Assembly (NCBI RefSeq): GCF_006345805.1
Contig: NC_043000.1
Location: forward strand, 82,832,001 to 82,896,000
DNA length: 64,000 nucleotides
Direction of reading: 5' to 3'
Source of the DNA: Octopus sinensis
Lineage: Eukaryota
A program made the translations under genes and the position numbers. The notes beneath the pieces are model-generated. The model was not told the DNA's origin and did no database searches. It was given only the letters and a program-made list of their open reading frames with translations. Shown piece after piece: positions 1 to 11,423 of this stretch. How positions within the stretch are numbered: position 1 is the first letter of the stretch; each line of letters opens with the position of its first letter.

Positions 1-30
1 TATACATATGTACGCACTTGCTGATGTGCA

Positions 31-46
31 TGAGAGAGAGAGAGAG

Positions 47-85
<39 letters not shown>

Positions 86-175
86 CTGTGTGTCTGTGTG
101 TGTGTGTGTCTGTGTGTCTGTGTGTGTGTGTGTGTGTGTGTGTCTGTGTGTCTGTGTGTCTGTGTGTGTGTGTCA
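31..175. repeat. (GA)n/(GT)n microsatellite
   Basis: Directly visible dinucleotide repeats; they generate the CV-rich ORFs 8..364 and 52..261. Confidence 0.95.
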
Positions 176-329
176 GTGAGAAATATTTACATCAACGAGA
201 AAATACTGATAAATCGGTACGTCGAACAAAATTGCATTTCAGTCGTTATCCTCGCAAGTAGAAAAACGCTACCTACACAGGTTTGCATCCCCACCCAACA
301 ACTTTCACAGAAATGGATGTTTTGTAGAA

Positions 330-930
330 TAAAATTTTCTGCAAATACCTTTCAGGCAGTGTAGATTACAAGTATATCGGAATTTAATACGAAAAATAAA
401 AGTCGGTGAGCACGCGCACATATATATGAGTGTAGGACAAAAGCTCCCCCCGCCCCACGCCACCAGGACAAAAGTCCCTCGGACATAGTTAAAGTGTGAG
501 AGTCAACAAAACCCCACGGTTATATTTTTCGATTATTTTTTTATATTTTTTCTTCGCCTTTTGCTTGTTTCAGTCACGCTGCGGTCATGCTGGGGCACCG
601 CCTTGAAGAATCTTTAGTTGAATGTATCGACGCTAGAATTTTTTAAATTTTTACTTGTTGCAATTATTAGACTGCGGCCATGCTGGGGCACCACCTTGAA
701 GAATTTTTAATCGAATGTAACGCCCCCACAATATTTTTTTTATGATTTTCAACCCGCGCATGAAGTTAAGCCTAGAAGGTATCTCCACATACTAGAAATA
801 ACAGCCTAATCTCTTGAAATTTATTTATAACCCCTCGGTTATTTTTGTTTGCGAAAAATCTTTTTCCTTGTTTCAATTATTGGACTGGGGCCATGCTGGA
901 GCGCCAGCTTGAAGAACTTTTGGTCGCAGA
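330..930 (+). repeat. Left arm of long imperfect inverted repeat, containing three SINE-tail-like modules
   Basis: Collinear with the reverse complement of ~4460-5165, e.g. 'gattttcaacccgcgcatgaagttaagcctag' vs 'gattttcaaccagcgaatgaagttaagcttag' and 'tatatcggaatttaat' vs 'tatatcagaatttaat'. Confidence 0.7.
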
Positions 931-1251
931 AAAATCAGCATTTTAAGATATATATTAAAATCTTTTGTTTTCTTTTCTCAGCACATACAGATTAATGATA
1001 ATAAGTTGACCTTTTGAACTTTCTCCGACCGTTGAAGGTCTAACAGAAGGCTAGTCTTTCAAACGTACTTCTTATTGTTTGTCTAAATAAGGAGACGGGT
1101 GTTTCTCCATGAAAATGACAAATTTTGGTTGTTATGAAGAAAAAACATGTCAGAGATATATGTAATATTTACTTTCATATTATGTGTGTATATATAATCA
1201 TTGAAATGTACTTCTTATCGTTTTTTATGTTTCTATACATTTCTTGAAGTA

Positions 1252-2391
1252 TTAGGTCGCCAAGTATGAAATTTGTAGTTAGGTATATGGTAAACTCGGA
1301 CAGCTGCTCATTTTGCGCCATTATTATATTTTGACAATCTTTATTTTTTGTTAGAAAGCTGTCACATCTATTTCTTTATTCTCATTTTGCTCTTTATAAA
1401 ATATTTCTAAAATGTTTTTTTGCTATTTTTGTTTAGAGATGACTAAGTCGGAAATTCGTACAGTTTTGAAACATGAGTTTTTTTGTCGGACATGCAGCAT
1501 CACAGACAGCTCGGAATATTAATGGAGTATTTCATTCTAATGTTATTACACAGCAGACAGTATCAAATTGGTTTGCAAAATTTAGTTCTGGTAACTTTGA
1601 CCTCACAAACGAGCAACGCGGTCGATCAGAAACAAATGTGGATAATGACGAACTGAAAGCCACCGTGGAGTCAGATCCATCTTAAAGTGCCCGTGAATTA
1701 TCGTTGTTGTTTGGCGTTAGCAAGCAAACAATATTGACTCACCTAGTTTAAATCGGAAAGTGAAAAAGTTGAATGAGTGGGTTCCACATGAACTCAATGA
1801 AAATCAGAAACAGTAACGTTTGGAAGCCTGCATTATGCTACTTTCTCGTCACAAAAATGAATCATTTTTGAATTGAATTGTAACATGTGATGAGAGATGG
1901 ACCTAATATAACAACCGTAAACGTTCAGCACAATGGTTGGACAAAGACAAGCCACCAAAACACAGTCCAAAAAGCAAAATTCATCAAAAGAAGCTGATGG
2001 TGTATGTTTGGTGGTCTGGCGCATGTTCGATCCATTATGATTTCATTAAACCTAGCTCATCAATCACGGCCGAAGTACAAAAAAGATAAAAAAACAGCCG
2101 AGATTAGTCGATAGATCCACTCTTATTTTATTGGAAGATAACACCAGACCACACATCGCAAAAATGACATTGGCGAAATTACAAGATCTTGCCCTCACTG
2201 ACTACCACTTCTTCCAGAATTTGGATAACTTTTTGATAGGAAAAAAGTTTAATTCCGACGATGCTGTAAAACAGGCTTTCCAAGATTTTATTGACTCCAG
2301 ATTGTCAGGCTATTACAATTCCGGGCTGGACAAGCTAAGGCTGAAATGGTAAAAGTGCATTGACAATATGGGTGCTTACGTTCAAGAATAA
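1252..2391 (+). mobile_element. Degenerate mariner (Mos1/SETMAR-like) transposon
   Basis: From ATG 1439: MTKSEIRTVLKHEF, TARNIN..TVSNWFAKFSSGNFDL, WVPHEL, IVTCDE, IHQKKLM, DNTRPH, DYHFFQNL, KCIDN. Left end TA+TTAGGTCG looks TIR-like. Multiple stops and frameshifts; no right TIR seen. Confidence 0.9.
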
Positions 2392-2847
2392 AACTATTCC
2401 TTGTATTCATAAAACATTAGCAAACACGGTACATAGTTGCAAAACACACACACGCTCAGACATGCACACACAAGGAGACAGAGGTACACACACACATATA
2501 CAAACACACACACACACATACATAAAAACACAAACACGGACTTGCAAACACATGAATATGCAGAATACATACACACAAATATAAACACATGCATACATAT
2601 ATACATATGCACACACACATACATGCATACGCACACATGCATACATACATATATACATACATAAATACATACATACATGTGTAGGCACACACACACACAT
2701 ACGCGCGCGCGCGCACAAACACTAACCCACACACACATGCGCACAATCAAAAAGGAACGCAGTGTGAATAACGGACAGAGTCAAAACTATTGAAAAGGTT
2801 GCAAGACGCAACGAAAATTTTAGGAAAATAAAAAAGAAATAAGTGGA

Positions 2848-4014
2848 GGATCTTTCCAGTTTGAACGGCAGTTTTTAACATAATTTCTAGGTAACTGAAA
2901 AATTTTTAACTTCGTATACTGGTAGAATGTGTTTATAAAACATCTTTTTCTCTTGGCTTTATTGAGAAAATTCTATAGTTTGTAAGATATTTGTTGTTTT
3001 TTCTTTAATTTCTGCAATTTCAACCAATCAGTGACGTCCATTGAGTTAAAAAGCATTCTGTGCTGTATGAATATGTCCCTCGTTTAAGAAATAGATTGGG
3101 TTTATTTACATTTCTGAAGAAAAAAAAAATACTCTTCCCCAAACCCTTACCCTAACTAACCCTAACTCGGATCTTTTCTAGTTAACTAAACACTTTTAAA
3201 CTTCGTATACTGGTAGAATGTGTTTATAAAACATCATTTTCTCTTGGCTTTATTGAGAAAATTCTATAGTAACATATTTTATTGTAACATATTTCGTCTT
3301 TAATTTCTTGCATTTCGGCAATTTTAACCAATCACTAGCGTCCAGTTAGGTAAACAACATTCTGTGCCACATGAATATGTCCCTCCTTTAAGAAACAGAT
3401 TGGGTTTATTTACATTTGTGAAGAAAAAAAAGATACCCTTCCCCCACCCCTAACTCTAAAATAGATTGAAATGCAATAGATCGATACTAGGGTTATAATT
3501 ATGGGTGACAATTTCATACGACACCGCTAAGTTTTTTTATAGCGGTGTCGTATGAAATTGTCACCCATAATTATAACCCTAGTATCGATCTATTGCATTT
3601 CAATCTATTTTAGATTTAGGGTTAGGAGTGGGGGAAGGGTATCTTTTTTCTTCACAAATGTTTCTTAAACGAGGGACATATTCATTACGCACAGAATGTT
3701 ATTTACATCAATGGAGGTAAGTGATTAAAATTGCCGAAATGCAAGAAATTTTAGACTACCTATAGAATTTTCTCAATAAATCCAAGAGAAAATGATGTTT
3801 TATAAATACATTCTACCAGTATACAAAGTTTAAATTTTTTTAGTTACCTAGAAATTATGTTACAAACTGCCGTTCAAAAGGAAAAGATCCCCTAACTGTA
3901 ACCCTAACCCTAAAACAGATTGAAAAGCAATAGATCGATACTAGGGTCATAATTATGGGTGACAATTTCATATGACACCGCTAGAAAAAACTGCCGTTCA
4001 AACCGAAAAGATCC
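2848..4014. mobile_element. MITE/foldback-like element with ~30-bp TIRs, internal direct and inverted modules and (TAACCC)-like repeats
   Basis: Left 'ggatctttccagtttgaacggcagttttt', right 'aaaaaactgccgttcaaaccgaaaagatcc'. Module ~2870-3160 is repeated at ~3175-3460 and inverted at ~3610-3890. Perfect central palindrome. Confidence 0.75.
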
Positions 4015-4459
4015 AATGACTCTCTCCAGACACAAACTTTTTTTTCTTTTCTACAAATTTTATACTTTAATAAATGCTTTCCCTTTTGTTGGAATTCAGA
4101 CAATATGTACATTGAGTAATAAAGAGTCTTGTGTTCTGTTATTCTATTATTAATGTTAAGGTTGATTTATATTCATTTTCAAGCTTTAAAGTTATTCTAA
4201 AAACCAGGAAAATAATTTAAACACACAGAAATTACCATTGTGGGGGACATAGATGTTTTGACACCGTTTTTCGATTGAATATATTTTGTTTACTTAAAAG
4301 TTGGAATTTTGGAAAACAATTTTTTTTTACAACCGTGATTTTCGTTTTTGTTTACGTGAAATTATAAAAAAATATTTGTAAAATTTGGCTGTTATTTCTA
4401 ACACGTGGGGAGACCTAGGCTTAACATTGTGCTAATTGAAACTCACCTAAAAAAGATTC

Positions 4460-5165
4460 TGGGGTCGATACATTCGACTAAAAATTCTTCAGTGTAGTAC
4501 CCCAGCATGGCCGCAGTCCAGTGACTGAAACCAGTAAAAAGATTGTTAGAAAGAAAAAAAAAACAAGAATAACCAAAAAATATATATAACCGAGGATTGG
4601 TCGTAAAAAAAATTTCTAGAGATTTGGCTGTTATTTCTAGCATGTCGAGAGACCCTCTAAGCTTAACTTCATTCGCTGGTTGAAAATCATCTAAAATAAA
4701 AAAACTGGGGTCGATACAATCGACTAAAAATTCCTCAAGATGGTGGCCCAGCATGGTCGCAGTCTAATGACTGCAACAGGTAAAAAGAAAAGCAAGAATT
4801 AATTATATCACAGAAGTTATTTTGATCAAGCTTTAAAAAATTCTGGGTTCCATATAGCCATCTAAAAATTCTTCAGGGTGTTGCCCCAGCATGGCCGGCT
4901 GCAGTCTAATAACTGCAACAAGTAATAAAAAAATTCTGGAGTCGATATATTCAACTAAAAATTCTAAATACGAAAGCATAACCGAAAATTATAACCGCGG
5001 GGCTTTTGTCCTCGGAAACTTTTGTCCAGATCTCCATATGTGTGTGTGTGTGTGAAATGGGTGAGTATGTATGTGTGCTCATCCACAAACTTTGTTTTCA
5101 CATTAAATTCTGATATAATCATAATGTATATCATCTGAAAGCATTTGTAGAAAATTTCATTGAAA
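4460..5165 (-). repeat. Right arm of long imperfect inverted repeat
   Basis: Reverse-complement homology to 330-930; repeated 'ccccagcatggccgcagtc' modules and 'cttttgtcc' motifs. Confidence 0.7.
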
Positions 5166-5781
5166 AATAACCTCCTGTCAGAAAGTTATAAGGAAGTAAT
5201 GTCTGTTTGTGTAAATTATCCGAAATGTCTCTCTTCCCCAATTTGAAAACTTTTTCACAACAAATTCCGATGTAATCGAAGTCTACACCATTTGAAATGT
5301 ATTTAAAAAATATCCGTTTTTATAAAAGTTATGAGGAAACAAAGTCGATCGGGAATACTTGTGTAGAGATGACGGTATTTAGTTCTGCTTCTAAGATGTC
5401 TGCCAACTACCATCTCTTGCTTATATTCTATTTTTACATGACTTAGTGATAGAGAGGGTGGCATCTATGAGCCTTTTTCAGAGCTTTCGTGACTGGTGGG
5501 ATAAAGGTAAAAATTTATCCCCAGATGGGAGACTTGATATGAATTTTTATAACAGAGTGAACACCGTTAAAGGCAGCCAAGAGCCAGTGGTGGGTTTAAA
5601 TTGGGCGATGGATTAAGACTACTACCCAAGATCAAGGAAGATTATCTCCGGAGAGCTTCCACCGGTATGTAAATACACTTACACACACACATACAGAAAT
5701 AGTTACACATGCACAAAGCCGTACATTTATTCATAAACACTAAAACAATATATTTCTCCTTCTCTCTCTGTCTCTTTCACT

Positions 5782-5853
<72 letters not shown>

Positions 5854-7307
5854 CTCTCTCTACACACACAAACACACACACATGCATCAACACGGAAACT
5901 CTCTCTAATACACATATATGTACAAGCATTCATATACATAAACATCGAGATACAGTATCTCCCTATCTCTCTGCTCCTACTTTCTCTCCCTCCCCCCTTC
6001 TCTCTCTCTTTTTCTGCCTACCTATCTATTGCCCTCTCTGTCTCGCCTTCACACTCACACATGAACACACACACACACACACATGAACAGACGTGTACAC
6101 ACATACACACACATACATATGTGCACCATATTTGCCACGAAAGTAAACACACATATACAAACGTACACAGGCACGCACACACAAGCAAACACACACAGAC
6201 ACAGGTTTACTAAAAACTATTATTGATTGTATATCATCAACGATGTACAAGTATCAGCCCCAATGTTTACGTTTTCCATCATGATTTATAGTAGCGTGAG
6301 ATATGAGATTATATATTTCACTGATCTTTTTCACTGAAAATTTATCTCCACATTTAGAGGTCACAGGTTAAATGTTAATCTGTGACCGACTCTTCCTTTC
6401 TTCCCTTCTCTTTTCTTTCTTTTCTTTCTTCCATAATCGCTGCAGACGATCGTCGGTTTGCCATATTAGACTTTGAGAGATAACCGACGACGACGACGAC
6501 GACTGCCACAGCTCTTTTCTCTGAATTGTTATTACTGTTGTTGCTGTTGCTGTTTAGCAGCAGGTCGACCTTGATTGAGCCAACCTGTTATCAAAGGCGT
6601 TCCAACCGTGACTATTCCGTTTTATCACCACCATTGGCCATCGGCTACTTTTAGCGGAGTCCACTGTCTACAAACATTCGGTTTCCAGTCTGATAACTTC
6701 CTTTTATTCCACCAGTCAAGGCAGCTCCGAAAAAGATTTTGGATCTATAGGGCTGCTTTAGCCAACATAACATTTTTTTTTTTTAGTTGATGGACTATAT
6801 TTAGAGGTAAATTTGGCTGCTATTTCTAAAACATTCAACAACCGCATAAAGCCTTCTTTGGTGGCTTGTCTCAGCATTCTGGTACTGGAAGAAGAACTGT
6901 GTCTATTATTTCCCAAGTTGAATTATTACTATTCTTATTGTAGCCCCCAATCACTCATTTTCGAGTTGTAGGGCCATATTAAGCTACATCTTCTACTATG
7001 TCTTTCTCTTTTTTTTAATGATATGTTAATTCGAGGGAGATTTTGCTGCTATACTTAAGAAATTCAAAGTGCACCAGAGGCTGCTACGTTAGGTTGTTAT
7101 TTATCAAAGGCATTTCAAATGTGATTATCTCTTCTTTTAGAGGTACAGAGAAATAAATTATTTTGTATGTCCTTTCCTTATTCAAGATGGTAGGGAGTGA
7201 TTTTAGGGAAATTTAGCTACTATATCTAGCATATCTGCATTATAAACATGAATGGAAGCAAAATCACTAGCTGCATTAGCTAGAAGACCACGTGCCTTGT
7301 CATACAA

Positions 7308-7600
7308 TTACCCTATATCACCCTCAAAGACCACAAGGAAAATTTTCAGTTCAACCTCAAATGTGCATTAATAAACAACTCCAAAAATAAAATGGATTTC
7401 ATAATCGAATTAATACTCGTAATTTATAAATCTTATAATTAGAAACATCACCGGATTAGCTGAAAAGAAATGAAGTCGCTTTACACTATATTAAAGGAAC
7501 ACAAGTACAATTAACCACTCAAAGGTGGAAAATCTTCAACTCAACAAACGGTGAAACTGGAATACAGCAAACATATGTTGGATTCTATAAATGATACACA
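7308..7600 (+). pseudogene. Degenerate Penelope-like RT fragment
   Basis: Reads LPYITLKDHKENFQFNLKCALINNSKNKMDFII, then WNTANICW; resembles the PLE motif ITLKDHKENF..NP.CRLINP.K...W.NT..V..WF (recalled). Confidence 0.5.
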
Positions 7601-8559
7601 CAAAAAATACGATGGAAATTCAGCATTGCTTTACTCAAATTGTTTGATAATATAGAATAAAAGTCCAACAGCGCAGTTATCCAGTTGCATGTTTTAGAAT
7701 AACTAGCAGATCTACCCATCTACGATAGAAGCATAGAATGAGGGAGGGATGTCATAACAGTAGTATGTATTGAGAAATGTGAAAATGAACTTGATTGATT
7801 GCTGGGTGATGTCTTTGAGATATCATATTATTGTTGGTGATATAGCATTCTGTTGCAGCCTATATGACGTATTTGCGACTAAGTGACATGTCATGATGAT
7901 TCACTCCCGAACTGAAATAGGCTCCCAGCCTCTGTATCATGAATGGTTATGTGGTCCTCTTCTAACGAAATCCAGAGCTTCCTTCGACCACTACATAAAA
8001 AGTATTAAGAAAAAATGTTATTTAGATATACTTAGATTTTATCTTATACTTTCAAAGTTCACAAATTTCCTTATTTGAATTATGAATCATATTCCTTTCG
8101 ATAATATCAGTATAATTACAAAACTTCTTTGCAGACGATATTTTCTGTTAGGTCGACTCTAATTTTCAAATTCGCTGGAGTCCGTTGCTCTACTCTTAGC
8201 GACGTATAACTGGCCATGTGTAAACATCGGAGTGTGTAAAAATACACCTACGCGATGTAAAGTCTGGCCTTGTGCCTTGTTTGTTGTAAATGTGCGAGCG
8301 GAATCTTTAGAGTTGCAAAAAAATCAAACTAAGACTTACCTCTCACACTTCTGTGCAAATAATGTCTGGATGTTCTGGTAACATGGGTTATTTTGCTTGG
8401 CAAAACTGAGATGTAAACAACAGGCGCTTCGATTAGCCGTTTCGAATACTACTCGAAACTGACACGCTTCAATAACCGCTAAATAATCACACACTATATA
8501 CTAACACACTTTTTCCATTTTATTTTCGCTATCAACCGTCCCCGCGACCCCTTCGTATC

Positions 8560-9115
8560 TACGATGGGGGTCACGAACTAAATGATGAAAATCCAGACTA
8601 ATTCGTGGTCGGTGATTTTTTAATAAAAATGTGGAGGTGGTTTATCAATTTAAAAATCAATATCCACAAAATAATCATACTTTCTGACGACCGTCTTTGT
8701 AATCCTGAAAATGTAACCATTGGTCCAGCCGTCTGGCCGTAAAGAAGGAACAAAGAGGCGGATATAACGCCTGTTAAAGTAAGATAGCAAATCGGTACAT
8801 CTACGACGGGAAATAAAGGGATAGTATCGCAAATCTAAACCCTCTCAATTCGCGAACTATACGAGGGTGGGGGAATCCAGAGTTAATCCACGTCGCCGGA
8901 ATTTTAACAAAAAGAAAAAGTCGAAGGTAATTTATTAATACAAAACTCAATATCCACTAAATAATCATACTTTTTCACATTTTTTTTTCGCTAAAGGCCT
9001 TCCTGATTACCTCCTTCGTAATCCCGGAAAACATCGTGACCATTCGTCCAGCCGTTTGACCGTGAAGGCGGGACAGACAGACAGACGGACATAACGCCCA
9101 CTATAACTATACTTT
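8560..9115 (+). mobile_element. Two degenerate tandem Helentron/DINE-like (HINE) modules
   Basis: Duplicated 'aatatccac.aaataatcatacttt...ccagccgt.tg.ccgt', second copy with (GACA)n then 'gacggacataacgcc'; a DINE-1-like layout. Confidence 0.4.
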
Positions 9116-9187
9116 TCTGTAAGTCTTAGAATTTAAGAAAACATACACGATATAATTAACACGCGTATCAATATTATAAGGAATACA

Positions 9188-9425
9188 GGCAGCGAGCTGG
9201 CAGAAACGTTAGCACGCCGGGCAAAATGCGTAGCCGTATTTCGTCTGCCGTTACGTTCTGAGTTCAAATTCCACCGAGGTCGACTTTACCTTTCATCCTT
9301 TCGGGGTCGATAAATTAAGTACCAGTTACGCACTGGAGTCGATCTAACCGACTTAATCCGTTTGTCTGTTCTTGTTTGTCCCCTCTATGTTTAGCCCCTT
9401 GTGGGCAATAAAGAAATAAGAAACG
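9188..9425 (+). mobile_element. tRNA-derived SINE with Meta/Sauria-like central domain
   Basis: A-box-like 'gagctggcagaa', B-box 'gagttcaaattcc', central 'cctttcatcctttcggggtcgataaattaagtacc'; same family at 16935, 40803, 47540, 47758. Confidence 0.8.
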
Positions 9426-9514
9426 TTTGACATTCTGGCCGATTACTGATGAGTAGTTGGTGACCGTCTGTGTTTGTTTTCCGTTCATCTGAGCATTTAG
9501 TATATGTTTTCAAC

Positions 9515-9640
9515 TTGATCTTCTGTGTCTGTTTTCTCTACCAAATCCACTCACAAGGCTTTGGTCGGCTCGTGGCTATAGTAGAAGACTGAACCCAAAA
9601 CCATGTGACTAGGAAGCAAACTTTCTTACCACACAGCCAC
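9515..9640 (-). mobile_element. tRNA/CORE-type SINE fragment
   Basis: Reverse complement matches the head of the SINE at 37747 (gtggctgtgtggtaag...gccgaccaaagccttgtgagtggatttgg). Confidence 0.7.
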
Positions 9641-11423
9641 GTCTACACATACCGTCATGGGACTTTGGTCGTGAGGTTACTTTGTTAAACTAAAATACGA
9701 AATGTCTAATTGGAAGCTGTTTCGAACCTATGTAACCATATCACTACCTTTCGCATCTATGTCTTCACTTTTATTACAAAACATTTTTATATAACTTCAG
9801 CGTGCAGTCTACCTGGTCATTTACACTTTAACACGCAGTTTAACTCTAACTCTAACACTAAACCCTAAACTCTAACCCTAAAACTTAACCTTAACCCTAA
9901 CCAAGATCAGGTTCTTTCACAGCATAGACTGCGAATACTGTGGTAGATTGCATGCTAAAGTAGCACAACTTTTTTTTTTTATTCATTACGGGTTAAGATA
10001 TGTAAACGACGAAATACTTTAATTAATAAATAATATGCATATACAATAATACATGAAAAATTAAACCAATTAAAAGACTATCTTATTCACAAGGTAATTA
10101 TTTAAAAATTTGCATACATTGAGACATATCTAATTTGTGCATGTATACCAAAATTGTAGAATCTATCACAAGATTACAATTTAAAAATTTAGATAATCTT
10201 CTAGATTTTATACAATGTAAAACAAATCTAATTTGCATCTCAGTTCAGCTAAAAATGTTGGCAATGGAATTGTTGATGACAGTGAAGTCATTCTACAAAG
10301 AGAATATACAAATTTTTGAAAATAGGTAAAATGTATAATTGCATTTAAGGAAACATACGGGTAATAATATTTACACCTCAAAATATAGCTACACATTCTC
10401 TGCTCTCAAGTGAGCAGTAGCATAAACCAAATAATAATACTTACATATTAAAAGATATCTACGCTCACTCATACGTGAATGCTCGCCACAGCAAACAAAA
10501 AACTACACACACACACAATCACACACATGTAAATACATACACACGTGAGAAACTTGTTATGGCAATGGTGGTGGCAAAAGAGCAGCAACGATGCCAATGT
10601 TGATAATGGTGAATGGAGAAACATAGAGAGGGTGTGAATCAGAGAATGAGATAACTAAAATCAAGGTGAGCCACACAGCATTTCACTTCTTAGAATTGTC
10701 TCTTTCTGTTCTCTCTCTCCCTCTTTTCCCCTGTCTTTCTCCTCTTCCTCCCTCTCTCCCTCTCTTCCCCCTCTCTCCACTCTTATCAACACTGACATCA
10801 CTACTGCTGCCACCACTACTATAACAACCTACAGTCTCTTTATTACAATTTGAGTTACTTTCCTTAGAGTTACACACATTTTACGAATGTTGGAAAATGG
10901 TTGTTAATAGAAATATCATTAAAAACATTGCTCAATTTATACGATGTACGCGGTGACTCGCAGAACCAATATCCCGAGTAAACCGGGAAAAGTTGTTATC
11001 GAATTGGCTTGAATGGAAACAAGATAGCTGAAGCAAAATCTCCAGAAGTTTCAGCGTTTAACACAATATGTATATATTGTACCGGTGTTAGATTATCTGT
11101 TTTCCTTCGCTGACACAATGTATCTTGTTAATCTCAGCAGAAAAAAAAAACAATTTAACTTAGGGACCACTAACTTTAGCCCTTTGTTTTGAACTTTGAA
11201 GGCTGTTGCCATACTCGTTGAATACCATCAAGTTTGTGGGCTACAAAATGTCTAGTCTTCTTCCCTTTGTTACATTCATTCACATATAATAATAATGAAA
11301 CTATTGTATACAGTGCTCAGGTGCACCACAACTTCTAAAGCACATGCAGTAATGTACAAATGTCTGGAAAGCGAACAATGCATGAGTCAGATACATGCTT
11401 GTGTGTGTATGGAGGGGAGAATA

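Noticed and set aside
5447-5664. Possible coding exon ending at CCG|gtatgt
   Set aside because: Every frame has a stop between plausible acceptors and the donor; no recognisable homology.
9418-9456. GAAACGTT...CTGATGA as a type-II hammerhead
   Set aside because: Stems I and II do not form; GAAAC is the SINE tail end.
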